DNA of 64,000 nucleotides from Hyalangium minutum. Its GTDB lineage: Bacteria > Myxococcota > Myxococcia > Myxococcales > Myxococcaceae. Where the stretch lies: assembly GCF_000737315.1 (NCBI RefSeq), contig NZ_JMCB01000023.1, positions 124,001 through 188,000 on the forward strand, given 5' to 3'. Positions 1-9,095 of the stretch are shown here, piece by piece. The notes under the pieces were generated by a model. It had not been told where the DNA came from, searched no databases, and saw only the letters and a program-made list of their open reading frames with translations. Position 1 is the stretch's first letter; each line of letters starts with the position of its first letter. The position numbers and the translations under genes are program-made.

Positions 1-1
1 G

Positions 2-694
2 CTGCTGGCGGCGCTTCCCGTGGCGCTCTGCGCGCTGGTGGCTGTGCCTCGGGCGTTGGAGGCTGGGGCGCCCGGCCGCGTGAGCGCCATGGCTGGCGGT
101 GTGGCCCTGCTCGCGGTGGTGGCCATGGCCATCGTCCCGCCCTTCAGTGCCGCTCGGCCTCAGCGGCTTCGGGTGGAGCAGCGGGACGAGGCGGGGCGCA
201 GCACGCTCTTGTTCAGGGGAGGTGGAGGCCAGGACCTGCAGGAGGCGATGAAGGGGTTGGCAGGAGCGCGGCGTGCCGAAGCGGGACAGTGGCGGCTCGA
301 CCTCGGTGAGGCGCAGTCTCTGGAGCAGGACGCGGAGATCACTCCGCAGGCCGCTCCGTCTGGTGCGGGCTTAAGGAAGGTCACGCTCCGGCTCCAAGCC
401 CGAGGCGCCCAGGAACTCAAGCTGAAGATCCCTCGTGAATCTCTGGTGGAGTGGTCCCTGGGCCCGCTGCCCGAGCTGCGCGCTGGAGACACCTTCTACC
501 GCGCGGGCCACGTCGAGCCTCCACCGGAGGGCTGGGAGGTCACCCTCACGCTGCGAGGCGAAGCCCCTGTGCCGGTGGAGTTCACGCAGGTGTTCAACAC
601 ACCCTCCCCTGAGGCCCAGACGGTGCTCGACCGACTGCCAGAGTGGGTGTCCTCGCATGCCCGGCGATACCGCTCCCGCATGCTCTCGCTCTGA
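2..694 (+). CDS. C-terminal part of a membrane protein, possibly M28-family peptidase (5' truncated by window)
   Basis: Open frame from window edge; hydrophobic helices then a soluble domain starting PFSAARPQRL, a layout seen at the C-terminus of membrane M28 peptidases; catalytic part not in window. Confidence 0.45.
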   Translation: MLAALPVALCALVAVPRALEAGAPGRVSAMAGGVALLAVVAMAIVPPFSAARPQRLRVEQRDEAGRSTLLFRGGGGQDLQEAMKGLAGARRAEAGQWRLDLGEAQSLEQDAEITPQAAPSGAGLRKVTLRLQARGAQELKLKIPRESLVEWSLGPLPELRAGDTFYRAGHVEPPPEGWEVTLTLRGEAPVPVEFTQVFNTPSPEAQTVLDRLPEWVSSHARRYRSRMLSL

Positions 695-782
695 TGAATA
701 AGCCCGCCTGGAGGAAGTCCAAGCCAGCGAGGCCCCGCCTCCATGGGGGCTGAGGATCTCTCAAGGTATGCTCCCGGCACCC

Positions 783-1820
783 ATGTCGCGTCTCCTTGCT
801 CTGCTGTCGACGCTGTTCCTCCCCCTGGTTGCGCTCGCGGGTTCTGGGGCTTTCGTCTCCTCCACCCGCGTGGAGGCCGTGGATCAGCCCGAGTCCAAGA
901 AGGTCGTCTTCACCGTCGAGCCCGACACCTCGTATCCCCTACTCAAGAAGGGCGGGCCTGACCGCAAGTGGTGCAAGCTCCAGGGCCCCAAGGGCGAAGG
1001 CTGGGTGCTCTGCGACGGCGCCGAAGAGACAGCGGTCCAGGCAGCTCCGAGCGCCACGGAGCTCGTGAAGGCGGACAAGCCTCAGAAGGCCGAAGTCATG
1101 CCCGCGGTGGCGAAGATGGCCTCGGGGTGCGCGACGAAGTGCAGCACCCCTCCCCTCTTCTCGAAGGCGCCGGAGCTGTCGGCGGTGGACCGGGAGATCC
1201 TCGCGCTCTGCCCCGCCCGGCCGGATGTATCGGTGAGCGCTGGGGATGTGCAGCGCTTCTTCTCCAACCATTATGATGATGCGCGCATCCAGCGGGCGCT
1301 CGCGGCGGCGGGACGCTCTCGGACAGGAGCGAGCGCGAAGCAGGCCAACATCGAGTGGCTCACCAGTCTCTGGGCGAGCACCGGGCCTCGCAATGCGTTC
1401 ACCCACGTCTTCTGCGGCGACGACTGGCTGAAGGGTCCCATCGGTGGACTGCACTACCAGGCTCGCTATGCGCAGCTCGAGGCCGAGGGGAAGCTCTGCT
1501 ACGACGGCCCGACTCGCGGCAACAAGGCGATCCAGGGCGACCAGTACCTCATCTCCTTCCACGGCGTGGCGCCTTGGTCCTGCGGGGAGAAGAAGGTCGG
1601 CGGGTTCTCGCGCTCGCAGGATGCGGTGAGCATCGCGGCCATCGGGACGCGGGCCTTCGTGCGCTGCTGCGCCCGGGACGGAGCGAAGAAGGAGGGCGGC
1701 GTCTACTCCGCGCCGGATCTCGGCGGCACCTCGTGGCAGATCTTCTGCGGTACCCGGAACGGCACCTACGGCATCGCCACGCTCTACCCCACCACCGATC
1801 GCCCCACCTGCTCCGAGTAG
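783..1820 (+). CDS. Secreted EndoU-family ribonuclease with N-terminal SH3-like domain
   Basis: Signal peptide MSRLLALL..ALA; SH3b-like segment (WCKLQ..EGWV); EndoU motifs NAFTHVFCGD, IGGLHY and KKVGGF. Confidence 0.75.
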   Translation: MSRLLALLSTLFLPLVALAGSGAFVSSTRVEAVDQPESKKVVFTVEPDTSYPLLKKGGPDRKWCKLQGPKGEGWVLCDGAEETAVQAAPSATELVKADKPQKAEVMPAVAKMASGCATKCSTPPLFSKAPELSAVDREILALCPARPDVSVSAGDVQRFFSNHYDDARIQRALAAAGRSRTGASAKQANIEWLTSLWASTGPRNAFTHVFCGDDWLKGPIGGLHYQARYAQLEAEGKLCYDGPTRGNKAIQGDQYLISFHGVAPWSCGEKKVGGFSRSQDAVSIAAIGTRAFVRCCARDGAKKEGGVYSAPDLGGTSWQIFCGTRNGTYGIATLYPTTDRPTCSE

Positions 1821-2015
1821 CTCCCAGGCTCCGCAGCCCAGGAGCCCCGCTCCCGGCACACCCGCTGTAGCGCAAAGAACAATTCCTCCGCCTCCCCCGT
1901 GCACCGCCTGACGCGTGCCGCGCCTGTGCCCGCTTGGACGTTGGCGCGGTCAACCCGGGCGGGCAGCCTCCGTGGACATTACCCGCATGCGCCCGCGCTG
2001 CTGGAGGCCCCGCAC

Positions 2016-3047
2016 ATGAACCGCAGAGAGTTTCTCGACGCCACGCTCGCCCTGCTGATCGCGCCCAGCGCCTTCGCCGCGGCGAACCCGTCCACAGCGG
2101 CGCAGTCCGTGCCCCGGCGGAAGCTGGGCCGCACGGGTGAGCAGATCTCCTGCGTCGGCGTGGGCGGCTTCCACATCGGCACGCAGAAGGAAGAGGCGGA
2201 GAGCATCGCCATCATCCGGCGGGCGCTCGACAACGGGATCAACTTCCTCGACAACTGCTGGGACTACAACGGGGGCCAGAGCGAGATCCGGATGGGCAAG
2301 GCGCTCCAGGACGGCTACCGCTCCAAGGCCTTCCTGATGACCAAGATCGACGGCCGGGACAAGAAGACCGCCGAGGCGCAGATCAGCGAGTCGCTCAAGC
2401 GCTTCCAGACCGATCACGTCGACCTGCTCCAGTTGCACGAGGTCATCCACACCAACGACCCGGAGCGCAGCTTCGCGCCGGGCGGCGTCATGGAGGCGAT
2501 GATCGAGGCGAAGAAGGCCGGCAAGGCGCGCTTCCTGGGCTTCACCGGCCACAAGTCGCCGGCCATCCACCTGAAGATGCTCGAGGCGGCCAAGAAGCAC
2601 GGGTTCCGCTTCGACGCGGTGCAGATGCCCCTCAACGTCATGGACGCCCACTACGACAGCTTCGAGAAGCGTGTCCTGCCCGTCCTCGTTCGCGAGGGCA
2701 TCGGCGTGCTGGGCATGAAGCCGATGGGAGGTAACGTCATCCTCGAGAGCAAGACGGTCACCGCGCCCGAATGCCTGCGCTACGCCCTCTCGCTACCGGT
2801 GAGCGTGGTCATCACCGGCATGGACTCGATGGAGCGGGTGGACCAGGCGCTCAAGGTCGCGCGCGAGTTCAAGCCCCTGTCCGAGAAGGAGGTCTCCGCT
2901 CTGCTCGCCAAGACCGAGAAGGCCGCCAAGGAGGGCACCTTCGAGAAGTACAAGGTCAGCGACCGCTTCGACGGCACCGTCCACAACCCGGAGTGGCTGG
3001 GCCCGGGCAATGCGCCCCAGCCTCCCGCGCCGCCGCAGAAGGGCTGA
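2016..3047 (+). CDS. Aldo/keto reductase with twin-arginine signal
   Basis: MNRREFL Tat motif; AKR motifs GINFLDNCWDY, FLMTK, DLLQLH, GFTGH. Confidence 0.9.
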   Translation: MNRREFLDATLALLIAPSAFAAANPSTAAQSVPRRKLGRTGEQISCVGVGGFHIGTQKEEAESIAIIRRALDNGINFLDNCWDYNGGQSEIRMGKALQDGYRSKAFLMTKIDGRDKKTAEAQISESLKRFQTDHVDLLQLHEVIHTNDPERSFAPGGVMEAMIEAKKAGKARFLGFTGHKSPAIHLKMLEAAKKHGFRFDAVQMPLNVMDAHYDSFEKRVLPVLVREGIGVLGMKPMGGNVILESKTVTAPECLRYALSLPVSVVITGMDSMERVDQALKVAREFKPLSEKEVSALLAKTEKAAKEGTFEKYKVSDRFDGTVHNPEWLGPGNAPQPPAPPQKG

Positions 3048-3053
3048 GCCCGC

Positions 3054-3662
3054 TCAAGGCGCAGCGGCCTTGAGGCGCAACCCGACCAGGTACACCTCCA
3101 TGCTCGCGCCACGCGTGGCCTCCGGGCGCACCACCTTCACGTCCTCGTAGTGCGCCCGCACCTGGCCGCGGAACTCCTCGAAGTCTCCGCCCATGAAGAG
3201 CTTGGCCACGAAGCTCGAGCCGGGCCGTCCCCGGCTCACGGCCACCTCCATCGCCTTGCCGGCCAGCCGCAGGCTGCGGGCCTCGTCCGTGGCCTTGATG
3301 CCGCTCGTCTTCGGGGCCATGTCCGAGATGACTGCGTCATACGGCCCGTCGTGCAGGGCGCGCAGCTTCGCGTCGAAGTCCTCCGCCAGCACGTCCAGCA
3401 CCGCCGTCGTCACGTGCTTCTGCGTGAACGGCCGGATGGCGACAATGTCCACGCCCACCACGCGCCCCGACGGCCCCACGCTGTCGGCCAGGATCTGCAG
3501 GAAGCCGCCCGGGGCTGCCCCGAGATCGAGAACCGTCGTACCTTTCCTCACAATGGGAAAACGCTTGAGGATCTCGTCCACCTTGAAGGCCGAGCGGGCG
3601 CGGAGCCCCTCTTGCTTGGCTTTCTGGAAATAATGGTCTTTCGGCCGGTAGGGCTTGCCCAT
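3054..3662 (-). CDS. rlmE: 23S rRNA Um2552 2'-O-methyltransferase RlmE/FtsJ
   Basis: DHYFQKAKQEGLRARSAFK, VLDLGAAPGG, VISDMAP, FVAKLF, SMEVYLVG. Confidence 0.95.
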   Translation of the reverse strand: MGKPYRPKDHYFQKAKQEGLRARSAFKVDEILKRFPIVRKGTTVLDLGAAPGGFLQILADSVGPSGRVVGVDIVAIRPFTQKHVTTAVLDVLAEDFDAKLRALHDGPYDAVISDMAPKTSGIKATDEARSLRLAGKAMEVAVSRGRPGSSFVAKLFMGGDFEEFRGQVRAHYEDVKVVRPEATRGASMEVYLVGLRLKAAAP

Positions 3663-3758
3663 GGCGATCGGCGTCCCTACCATTGCGAACTGTCCTGGGG
3701 AAAGTGGCGTGCAGTCGCGGGTGTTGGAAACTCGCGGCAGTGGCGGCATGGAGGGTCC

Positions 3759-4181
3759 ATGGGTTCCCGTAGCGTCACAGCAGCAATCTGTGTCGCCGTC
3801 CTTTCGGCCGGTGGTGCGGGGTATTGCTACACGCGAGCGGCGGAGCTGCAGTCCCAGGCGCGCTGGCTGATGGAGCGAGGCAACGCGCAGGCGCTCGAGT
3901 ACGCCGAGCGGCTGGACAACTCGGTGGCGGACGCGCAGCTGAAGACGTTCGCCGAGCGGCGCACGGTGATGGAGAAGGCGCACCTGTGGCAGCGCGGGCA
4001 GATGCTCGGGCTGATGGCGGGGGTGCTCTCGGCACTGGCGGCGTACATGCTGCACCTGCTGCGGCGGCTGGACTCGCAGCTGGATGACGCGTCCGTGGAG
4101 GCTCCGGAGCTGCTCGCGGCGCCGATCGCCTCCTCGAAGGCCGAGCCGACGTCGCGGCTGGTGCCCACGCCGCACCGCTGA
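3759..4181 (+). CDS. Hypothetical small membrane protein
   Basis: Two hydrophobic segments flanking a helical region; GC3-rich codon use; fills the gap between rlmE and the next gene. Confidence 0.7.
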   Translation: MGSRSVTAAICVAVLSAGGAGYCYTRAAELQSQARWLMERGNAQALEYAERLDNSVADAQLKTFAERRTVMEKAHLWQRGQMLGLMAGVLSALAAYMLHLLRRLDSQLDDASVEAPELLAAPIASSKAEPTSRLVPTPHR

Positions 4182-4237
4182 GCGCTCGCCGCTTCTTGCA
4201 CAGCCCTGGCAAGATGGCGCCCTCTCAGGGAGGAGCC

Positions 4238-4525
4238 ATGACCGGCTGCGCGCACTGCGGGAAGCGGCTCGACATCGTCGGCAACCAGGTGGGGCGGAGG
4301 GACGAGTGTCCGCACTGCGGCGAGGAGCTGCGCTCGTGCCGCAACTGCCGCCACTTCGACCCGAGCGTGGCCAAGGAGTGCAAGGAGCCGTTCGCGGACG
4401 TGCCCTCGGACAAGGATGGGGCGAACTTCTGCGAGCTGTTCCAGATTGGAGAGGGTGGCCTGCACGCCAAGGAGAGCAAGGACCAACTGCTCTCGGCCGC
4501 AGAGGCCCTGTTCCGCAAGAAGTAA
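4238..4525 (+). CDS. Small Cys-rich (Zn-ribbon-like) conserved hypothetical protein
   Basis: AGGAG RBS; CAHC, CPHC, CRNC plus two further Cys (ECKE, NFC). Confidence 0.8.
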   Translation: MTGCAHCGKRLDIVGNQVGRRDECPHCGEELRSCRNCRHFDPSVAKECKEPFADVPSDKDGANFCELFQIGEGGLHAKESKDQLLSAAEALFRKK

Positions 4526-4559
4526 GGCGCAGGGGAGATGTCCACAGAGTGGAGGGGCC

Positions 4560-5108
4560 CTACGTCCAGAGAAGAGCCAGGTCCAGCCCCAGCGCTTCGA
4601 ACGGCTCCGCCTGTACGAGTGCCCCGTCCCGATGGAGTGCAAGCTGGACGTAGCGCCCCTCATCGAGCCGGTAGATCTCCAACGTGCGTGAGTCCGGATT
4701 CACGAGCCACACATGGCCCACGCCCTCCTGCGCATACACAGGAAGCTTGACCTCACGATCCAGAACCTGCGTCGAGGACGAGAGCACCTCACAGACCCAG
4801 TCGGGGGGCAGAGTGAAAGCAGCGGTTCGCGGGTACACCGGCATCCGATGACGCCTCCACCCCGCCAAGTCCGGCACGAGAACGTTCTCACCCAGTCACA
4901 GCTCCGGTTCATCCACGATGAACCAACCACTGGGCCCCGGTTCTCCCAGATCGAAACGGTTCAAGAGCAACGCGCCCAGTCGAGAGGCCGTCATCGCATG
5001 AGGCGATGACGGGCGAGGGCTGACGAACAGCTCTCCAGCGACGAGCTCGCCCACGACATTCTCGGGAAGCGCCTCAAGATCCGCGACTGTGGCGGGCTTC
5101 CGTCCCAT
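4560..5108 (-). pseudogene. Uma2/DUF820 family endonuclease interrupted by an in-frame TGA
   Basis: ELVAGELFVSPRP...EPEL*LGENVLVPDLAGWRR...PDWVCEVLSSST..DR..KL..YA; both halves in one frame, stop at 4896-4898. Confidence 0.85.
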
Positions 5109-5143
5109 TCCCTCACCATACTCCCCAACCCCCGTTCCCATGT

Positions 5144-5362
5144 TCATGAGAACGGGTCTAACACTCCGGTCTGACATCCTGGGTAGCCTCCCTTCATCCT
5201 ACCCAACTGGTAGCGTCGACGACAAGTTGGTGCCCGACGTTGCGTCTGCGCGAGCCCCTGCGGTGGCGGAATCATCTGGGAACCTGTCTGACAAGTAGAC
5301 CGGTCTGGGAAGGCGACGACCGGAGCGAGCACGTACGTCCGGGGTGGTACAGACCGAGCCAA
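5144..5362 (-). repeat. Relic of GntR-tail-type repeat (two CQTG-encoding cores)
   Basis: Reverse complement of 5284-5303 CCGGTCTACTTGTCAGACAG matches 40909-40928 at 18/20; second core TGTCAGACCGG at 5166-5176; frame reads DRSTCQTG and YPGCQTG. Confidence 0.65.
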
Positions 5363-5389
5363 TCCCTGCTCCTACCGTGCTCCTCCCGC

Positions 5390-6256
5390 ATGTCACGGTC
5401 CATTGAGCACGCGTCGTTCCCGCAGCACGGTCACGCCCATTCATGGCGCGGGCTCCTCCTGGGGCTCGCGCTTTGCTTGTTGCCAGTGAGCGCTCGAGCC
5501 GCCCCGCTGGGGGATGCCCAGACCTATCTGCTCTCTGCCAAGCGCCTCTACGAGGGCCTCGATTACGAGGCCGCACTCACCCAAATTCAGCTTGCGAGAC
5601 AGGTGCCCCGCAACCGGGACCAGGAACTTACCCTGCTCCTCTACGAAGGCATCCTGCTATCGGAGTTGAACCGATGGGACGAGGGTGCCGCCTCGTTCAA
5701 AACCGCTTTGGAGTTGGATACTGCGGCGAAACTGCCAGTGCAAGTGCCGCCCAAGGTCAGTGCTCGCTTCGAGTCCCTGCGCGAAAAAAAGAAGAGGGAA
5801 CTCGCTGCCCAGGTGACACCAGCCCCGGCTCTTCCCTCCCCTACAGAGAACCCCAGCCCGCCAACAGAAGCGGCTTCACCTGCGTCTCTGCCACCTTCCA
5901 TCGTGACAGTCACTGACAGCCCTTCACCCGAGAAGGAACTGCACAGCTATTCGCTGATCCCAGCGATTGCCGGAGGCAGCCTGGTAGTGGCAGGTGGGGT
6001 CTCCTGGGCTCTCTCTCGTGGCGAACTCAACCGTTTGCGTACGGCTTCCCCCAGCCTCACGAGCGAGGAAGATGTGCGACACAGCGTCTCGCGCGGACGT
6101 ACCTTGCAGACGCTTGGGATGGGCCTGCTGGGAGCGGGAACAGCGGGCCTGCTGACAGCAGCGGGCATGTACATGCTCGGAGGGCCTTCTCGGCCCACAA
6201 CAATTGGCGTGGGGACGACTGGGCAAGCCGTCATCCTTTATGGAGACTGGCCATGA
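5390..6256 (+). CDS. Secreted TPR-like protein with Pro/Ser linker and C-terminal hydrophobic anchor
   Basis: Signal peptide; LYEGLDYEAAL...LLYEGILL...LPVQVPPKV; homologous to 62132 and 63008 ORFs; ATGA overlap with next gene. Confidence 0.8.
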   Translation: MSRSIEHASFPQHGHAHSWRGLLLGLALCLLPVSARAAPLGDAQTYLLSAKRLYEGLDYEAALTQIQLARQVPRNRDQELTLLLYEGILLSELNRWDEGAASFKTALELDTAAKLPVQVPPKVSARFESLREKKKRELAAQVTPAPALPSPTENPSPPTEAASPASLPPSIVTVTDSPSPEKELHSYSLIPAIAGGSLVVAGGVSWALSRGELNRLRTASPSLTSEEDVRHSVSRGRTLQTLGMGLLGAGTAGLLTAAGMYMLGGPSRPTTIGVGTTGQAVILYGDWP

Positions 6257-9003
6257 GCCGGGGCGCCATAAGCAGAAGCCTGCCTCATACAGCATTCGCC
6301 GTCATCCTGGCAGCCCTCAGTGGCTGCGCCGACTTCGAGCAGGCGGGTGAATCTTTTTGCCAACAGAACCTCTCGCGCTGTGGCCGAGCCACGGAGCCCG
6401 AGCCCTCTTCCAATGAAACCATTCCCGACGCTGGGGAGCCCAGTTCCAGCGATTCAGGCCCAGGCACTCCAAACGCGGGGGGATCTGATGCGGGAGTCAT
6501 GGATTCAGGGGTTCCAGACGTGGCAGCTCCTGACTCGGGCACTCCGGACGCGGGCAGGCCCGATGCAGGAACTTCTCAAGACGCAGGGCTCCCGGACGCA
6601 GGTCCACCGCCCAATACACCTCCCACCATTACCGTAAGCTCCCAGTCCGCCTCTCAGGTGGCTGCGCACGGAACTGTCACCTTCTCAGTGGTGGCTCAAG
6701 ATAATGAGAGCAGTTCACTCCAGTTCTCCTGGAGCGCCAGTACAGGAGCTTTCGGAAGCCCTCAGAGTACTAGCAACTCCAGTATCGTCACTTGGTCCGC
6801 CGGGGGTTGTGCAGCCGGTGGCACTGTGACCATCACCGTCAAAGTCTCCGACGCACAAGCTGACTTCTCGACCAAAGCTTTCAGCGTCTCAATGGCTCGC
6901 TGTCTACCCACGTCCATTGCAAGTGGGAGTAGACACTCTATTGCCTTGCTTGCGGATGGCACTGTTTGGGCCTGGGGAGACAATACCGCTGGTCAGCTTG
7001 GCGACGGTACCTCTACCCTGCGCTACATCCCTTCCCAGGTCTCGGGACTCTCCGGCATCACCGCCCTGGCTGCTGGAGGCTACCACTCTCTGGCCTTGCG
7101 CAACGACGGCACTGTCTGGGCCTGGGGCGAAAACTCCTATGGCCAACTGGGTGATGGGACCACCACCGATCGTCTTACCCCCGTCCAAGTACCGGGACTC
7201 TCGGGCATCACCACCCTGGCCGCTGGCATCTACCACTCTCTGGCCCTGCGCAACGACGGCACTGTTTGGGCCTGGGGCTATAACAGCGTTGGCCAACTCG
7301 GCGATGGAACCACTACCAATCGCCTCACCCCCGTCCAAGTACCGGGGCTCTCGGGCACTACGACTCTGAACGCTGGAGGCGCCCACTCTCTGGCCTTGCG
7401 CAACGACGGCACTGTCTGGGCTTGGGGCTACAACGGCTATGGCCAGCTAGGAGCTGGGACCACCACCGATCGTCTCACTCCCCTCCAGATTCCAGGACTT
7501 TTAGGCATCACGGCCCTGGCCACTGGAATCTCCCACTCCCTGGCCCTGAGTAACAACGGCACTGTCTGGGCCTGGGGTTTCAACCTCTACGGCCAGTTGG
7601 GCGATGGGACGACCACCAATCGCCTTACCCCCGTCCAGGTACCAGGGCTCTCGGGAACTACGACTCTAAACGCTGGAGGCTCCCACTCTCTGGCCTTACG
7701 CAACGACGGCACTGTCTGGGCTTGGGGCTACAACAACTATGGCCAAGTGGGCGATGGGAGCACCATCAATCGCCGCACCCCAGTCCAGGTCTCCGGCCTC
7801 ACGGGCATTACGGTCATGGCCGCTGCAGAATCCCACACTCTGGCTTTGCGCAACGACGGCACTGTCTGGGCTTGGGGCCACAACGGCTATGGCAAGCTGG
7901 GCGATGGAACTAGCGCGGAGCGCCTCACCGCTGTCCGAGTCTTAGGCATTTCGGGCATCACAGCCCTAGCAGCTAGAGGCTACCACACTCTGGCCTTGCG
8001 CAACGACGGCACTGTCTGGGCTTGGGGCTACAACAACTATGGCCAAGTGGGCGATGGGACCACCACCAATCGCCCCACCCCTTTCCAGCTCTCCGGCCTC
8101 TCGGGCATCACGGCCCTGGCCGCTGGAGAATCCCACTCTCTGGCTCTGCGCAATGACGGCACTGTTTGGGCCTGGGGCTATAACGTCGCTGGCCAACTCG
8201 GCGATGGGACGACCACCAATCGCCTTACCCCCTTCCAGGTCCCTGGCCTCTCAGGCATTACGGCCCTGGCCGCAGGAGACTTTCACTCTCTGGCGTTGCG
8301 CAACGACGGCACTGTCTGGGCCTGGGGCTCCAACGGCGCTGGCCAACTCGGCGATGGGACGACCACCAATCGCCTCACCCCCTTCCAGGTTCCAGGACTT
8401 TTAGGCATCACGACCCTGTCTGCTGGAATCTCCCACTCTCTAGCCCTGCGCAGCGACGGCACCGTCTGGGCCTGGGGTTCCAACCTCTACGGCCAACTGG
8501 GCGATGGGACCACCACCAATCGCCCCACCCCCTTCCAGGTCTTAGGACTCTTGGGCATCAACGCCCTGGCCGCTGGAGGCTACCACTCTCTGGCCTCGCG
8601 CAACGACGGCACTACTTGGGTCTGGGGCTACAATTACTATCGTCAACTGGGCGATGGGACGACCACCGATCGCCCCACCCCTTTCCAGCTCTCCAGCCTC
8701 TCAGGCATCACGACCCTGTCGGCTAACATCTTCCACTCTCTGGCCCTTCGCAACGATGGCACTATTCGGTCGTGGGGCAGCAACAGCCTGGGCCGACTCG
8801 GCGACGGGACTCTTATTCATCGAGCTACCCCCGTCCAGGTCTCCGGCCTCTCAAACATTACGGCCCTAGCCGCTGGAGTCGCCCACTCTCTGGCCCTTCG
8901 CAACAACGGCACCGTCTGGGCCTGGGGTTCAAACTTCTACGACCAGATTGGCGACGGAACTCCTGCAATCTTCCCGGTACCTATACAGACCCAGCTTCCG
9001 TAA
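6253..9003 (+). CDS. RCC1-repeat lipoprotein (14 blades, probably two 7-bladed propellers) with PDAG linker and Ig/PKD-like domain
   Basis: Lipobox LSGC; PDAG/DSG repeats; 14 copies of HSLAL.NDGTVWAWG.N..GQLGDG. Confidence 0.92.
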   Translation: MSRGAISRSLPHTAFAVILAALSGCADFEQAGESFCQQNLSRCGRATEPEPSSNETIPDAGEPSSSDSGPGTPNAGGSDAGVMDSGVPDVAAPDSGTPDAGRPDAGTSQDAGLPDAGPPPNTPPTITVSSQSASQVAAHGTVTFSVVAQDNESSSLQFSWSASTGAFGSPQSTSNSSIVTWSAGGCAAGGTVTITVKVSDAQADFSTKAFSVSMARCLPTSIASGSRHSIALLADGTVWAWGDNTAGQLGDGTSTLRYIPSQVSGLSGITALAAGGYHSLALRNDGTVWAWGENSYGQLGDGTTTDRLTPVQVPGLSGITTLAAGIYHSLALRNDGTVWAWGYNSVGQLGDGTTTNRLTPVQVPGLSGTTTLNAGGAHSLALRNDGTVWAWGYNGYGQLGAGTTTDRLTPLQIPGLLGITALATGISHSLALSNNGTVWAWGFNLYGQLGDGTTTNRLTPVQVPGLSGTTTLNAGGSHSLALRNDGTVWAWGYNNYGQVGDGSTINRRTPVQVSGLTGITVMAAAESHTLALRNDGTVWAWGHNGYGKLGDGTSAERLTAVRVLGISGITALAARGYHTLALRNDGTVWAWGYNNYGQVGDGTTTNRPTPFQLSGLSGITALAAGESHSLALRNDGTVWAWGYNVAGQLGDGTTTNRLTPFQVPGLSGITALAAGDFHSLALRNDGTVWAWGSNGAGQLGDGTTTNRLTPFQVPGLLGITTLSAGISHSLALRSDGTVWAWGSNLYGQLGDGTTTNRPTPFQVLGLLGINALAAGGYHSLASRNDGTTWVWGYNYYRQLGDGTTTDRPTPFQLSSLSGITTLSANIFHSLALRNDGTIRSWGSNSLGRLGDGTLIHRATPVQVSGLSNITALAAGVAHSLALRNNGTVWAWGSNFYDQIGDGTPAIFPVPIQTQLP
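6911..8995 (+). repeat. 14 x 150-bp coding tandem repeat (RCC1 blades)
   Basis: ACTGTCTGGGCCTGGGG-type core recurs at exactly 150-bp steps from 6961 to 8911. Confidence 0.95.
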
Positions 9004-9095
9004 CACCAAACGCCGTCTTCACCACGTCTCGTGTACGGCAGCTCCACTTCTTCATCATGAGCTGTTGAGGTAGATGCCGGGGACATGACTCCCGC

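Noticed and set aside
4850-4898. Selenocysteine or programmed readthrough at the Uma2 TGA (palindrome GAGAACGTTCTC follows)
   Set aside because: Position is not a catalytic Cys, and the stem is short and too close to match a bacterial SECIS; a nonsense mutation is simpler
6961-8960. Diversity-generating retroelement acting on RCC1 loops (many NNC codons)
   Set aside because: No reverse transcriptase or template repeat in the window; changes are not confined to adenines; NNC is expected from GC3 bias
8980-8992. CCTATACAGACCC resembling the GntR right-end motif
   Set aside because: Lies in frame in the RCC1 C-terminus (PIQT, a variant of PVQV); probably chance
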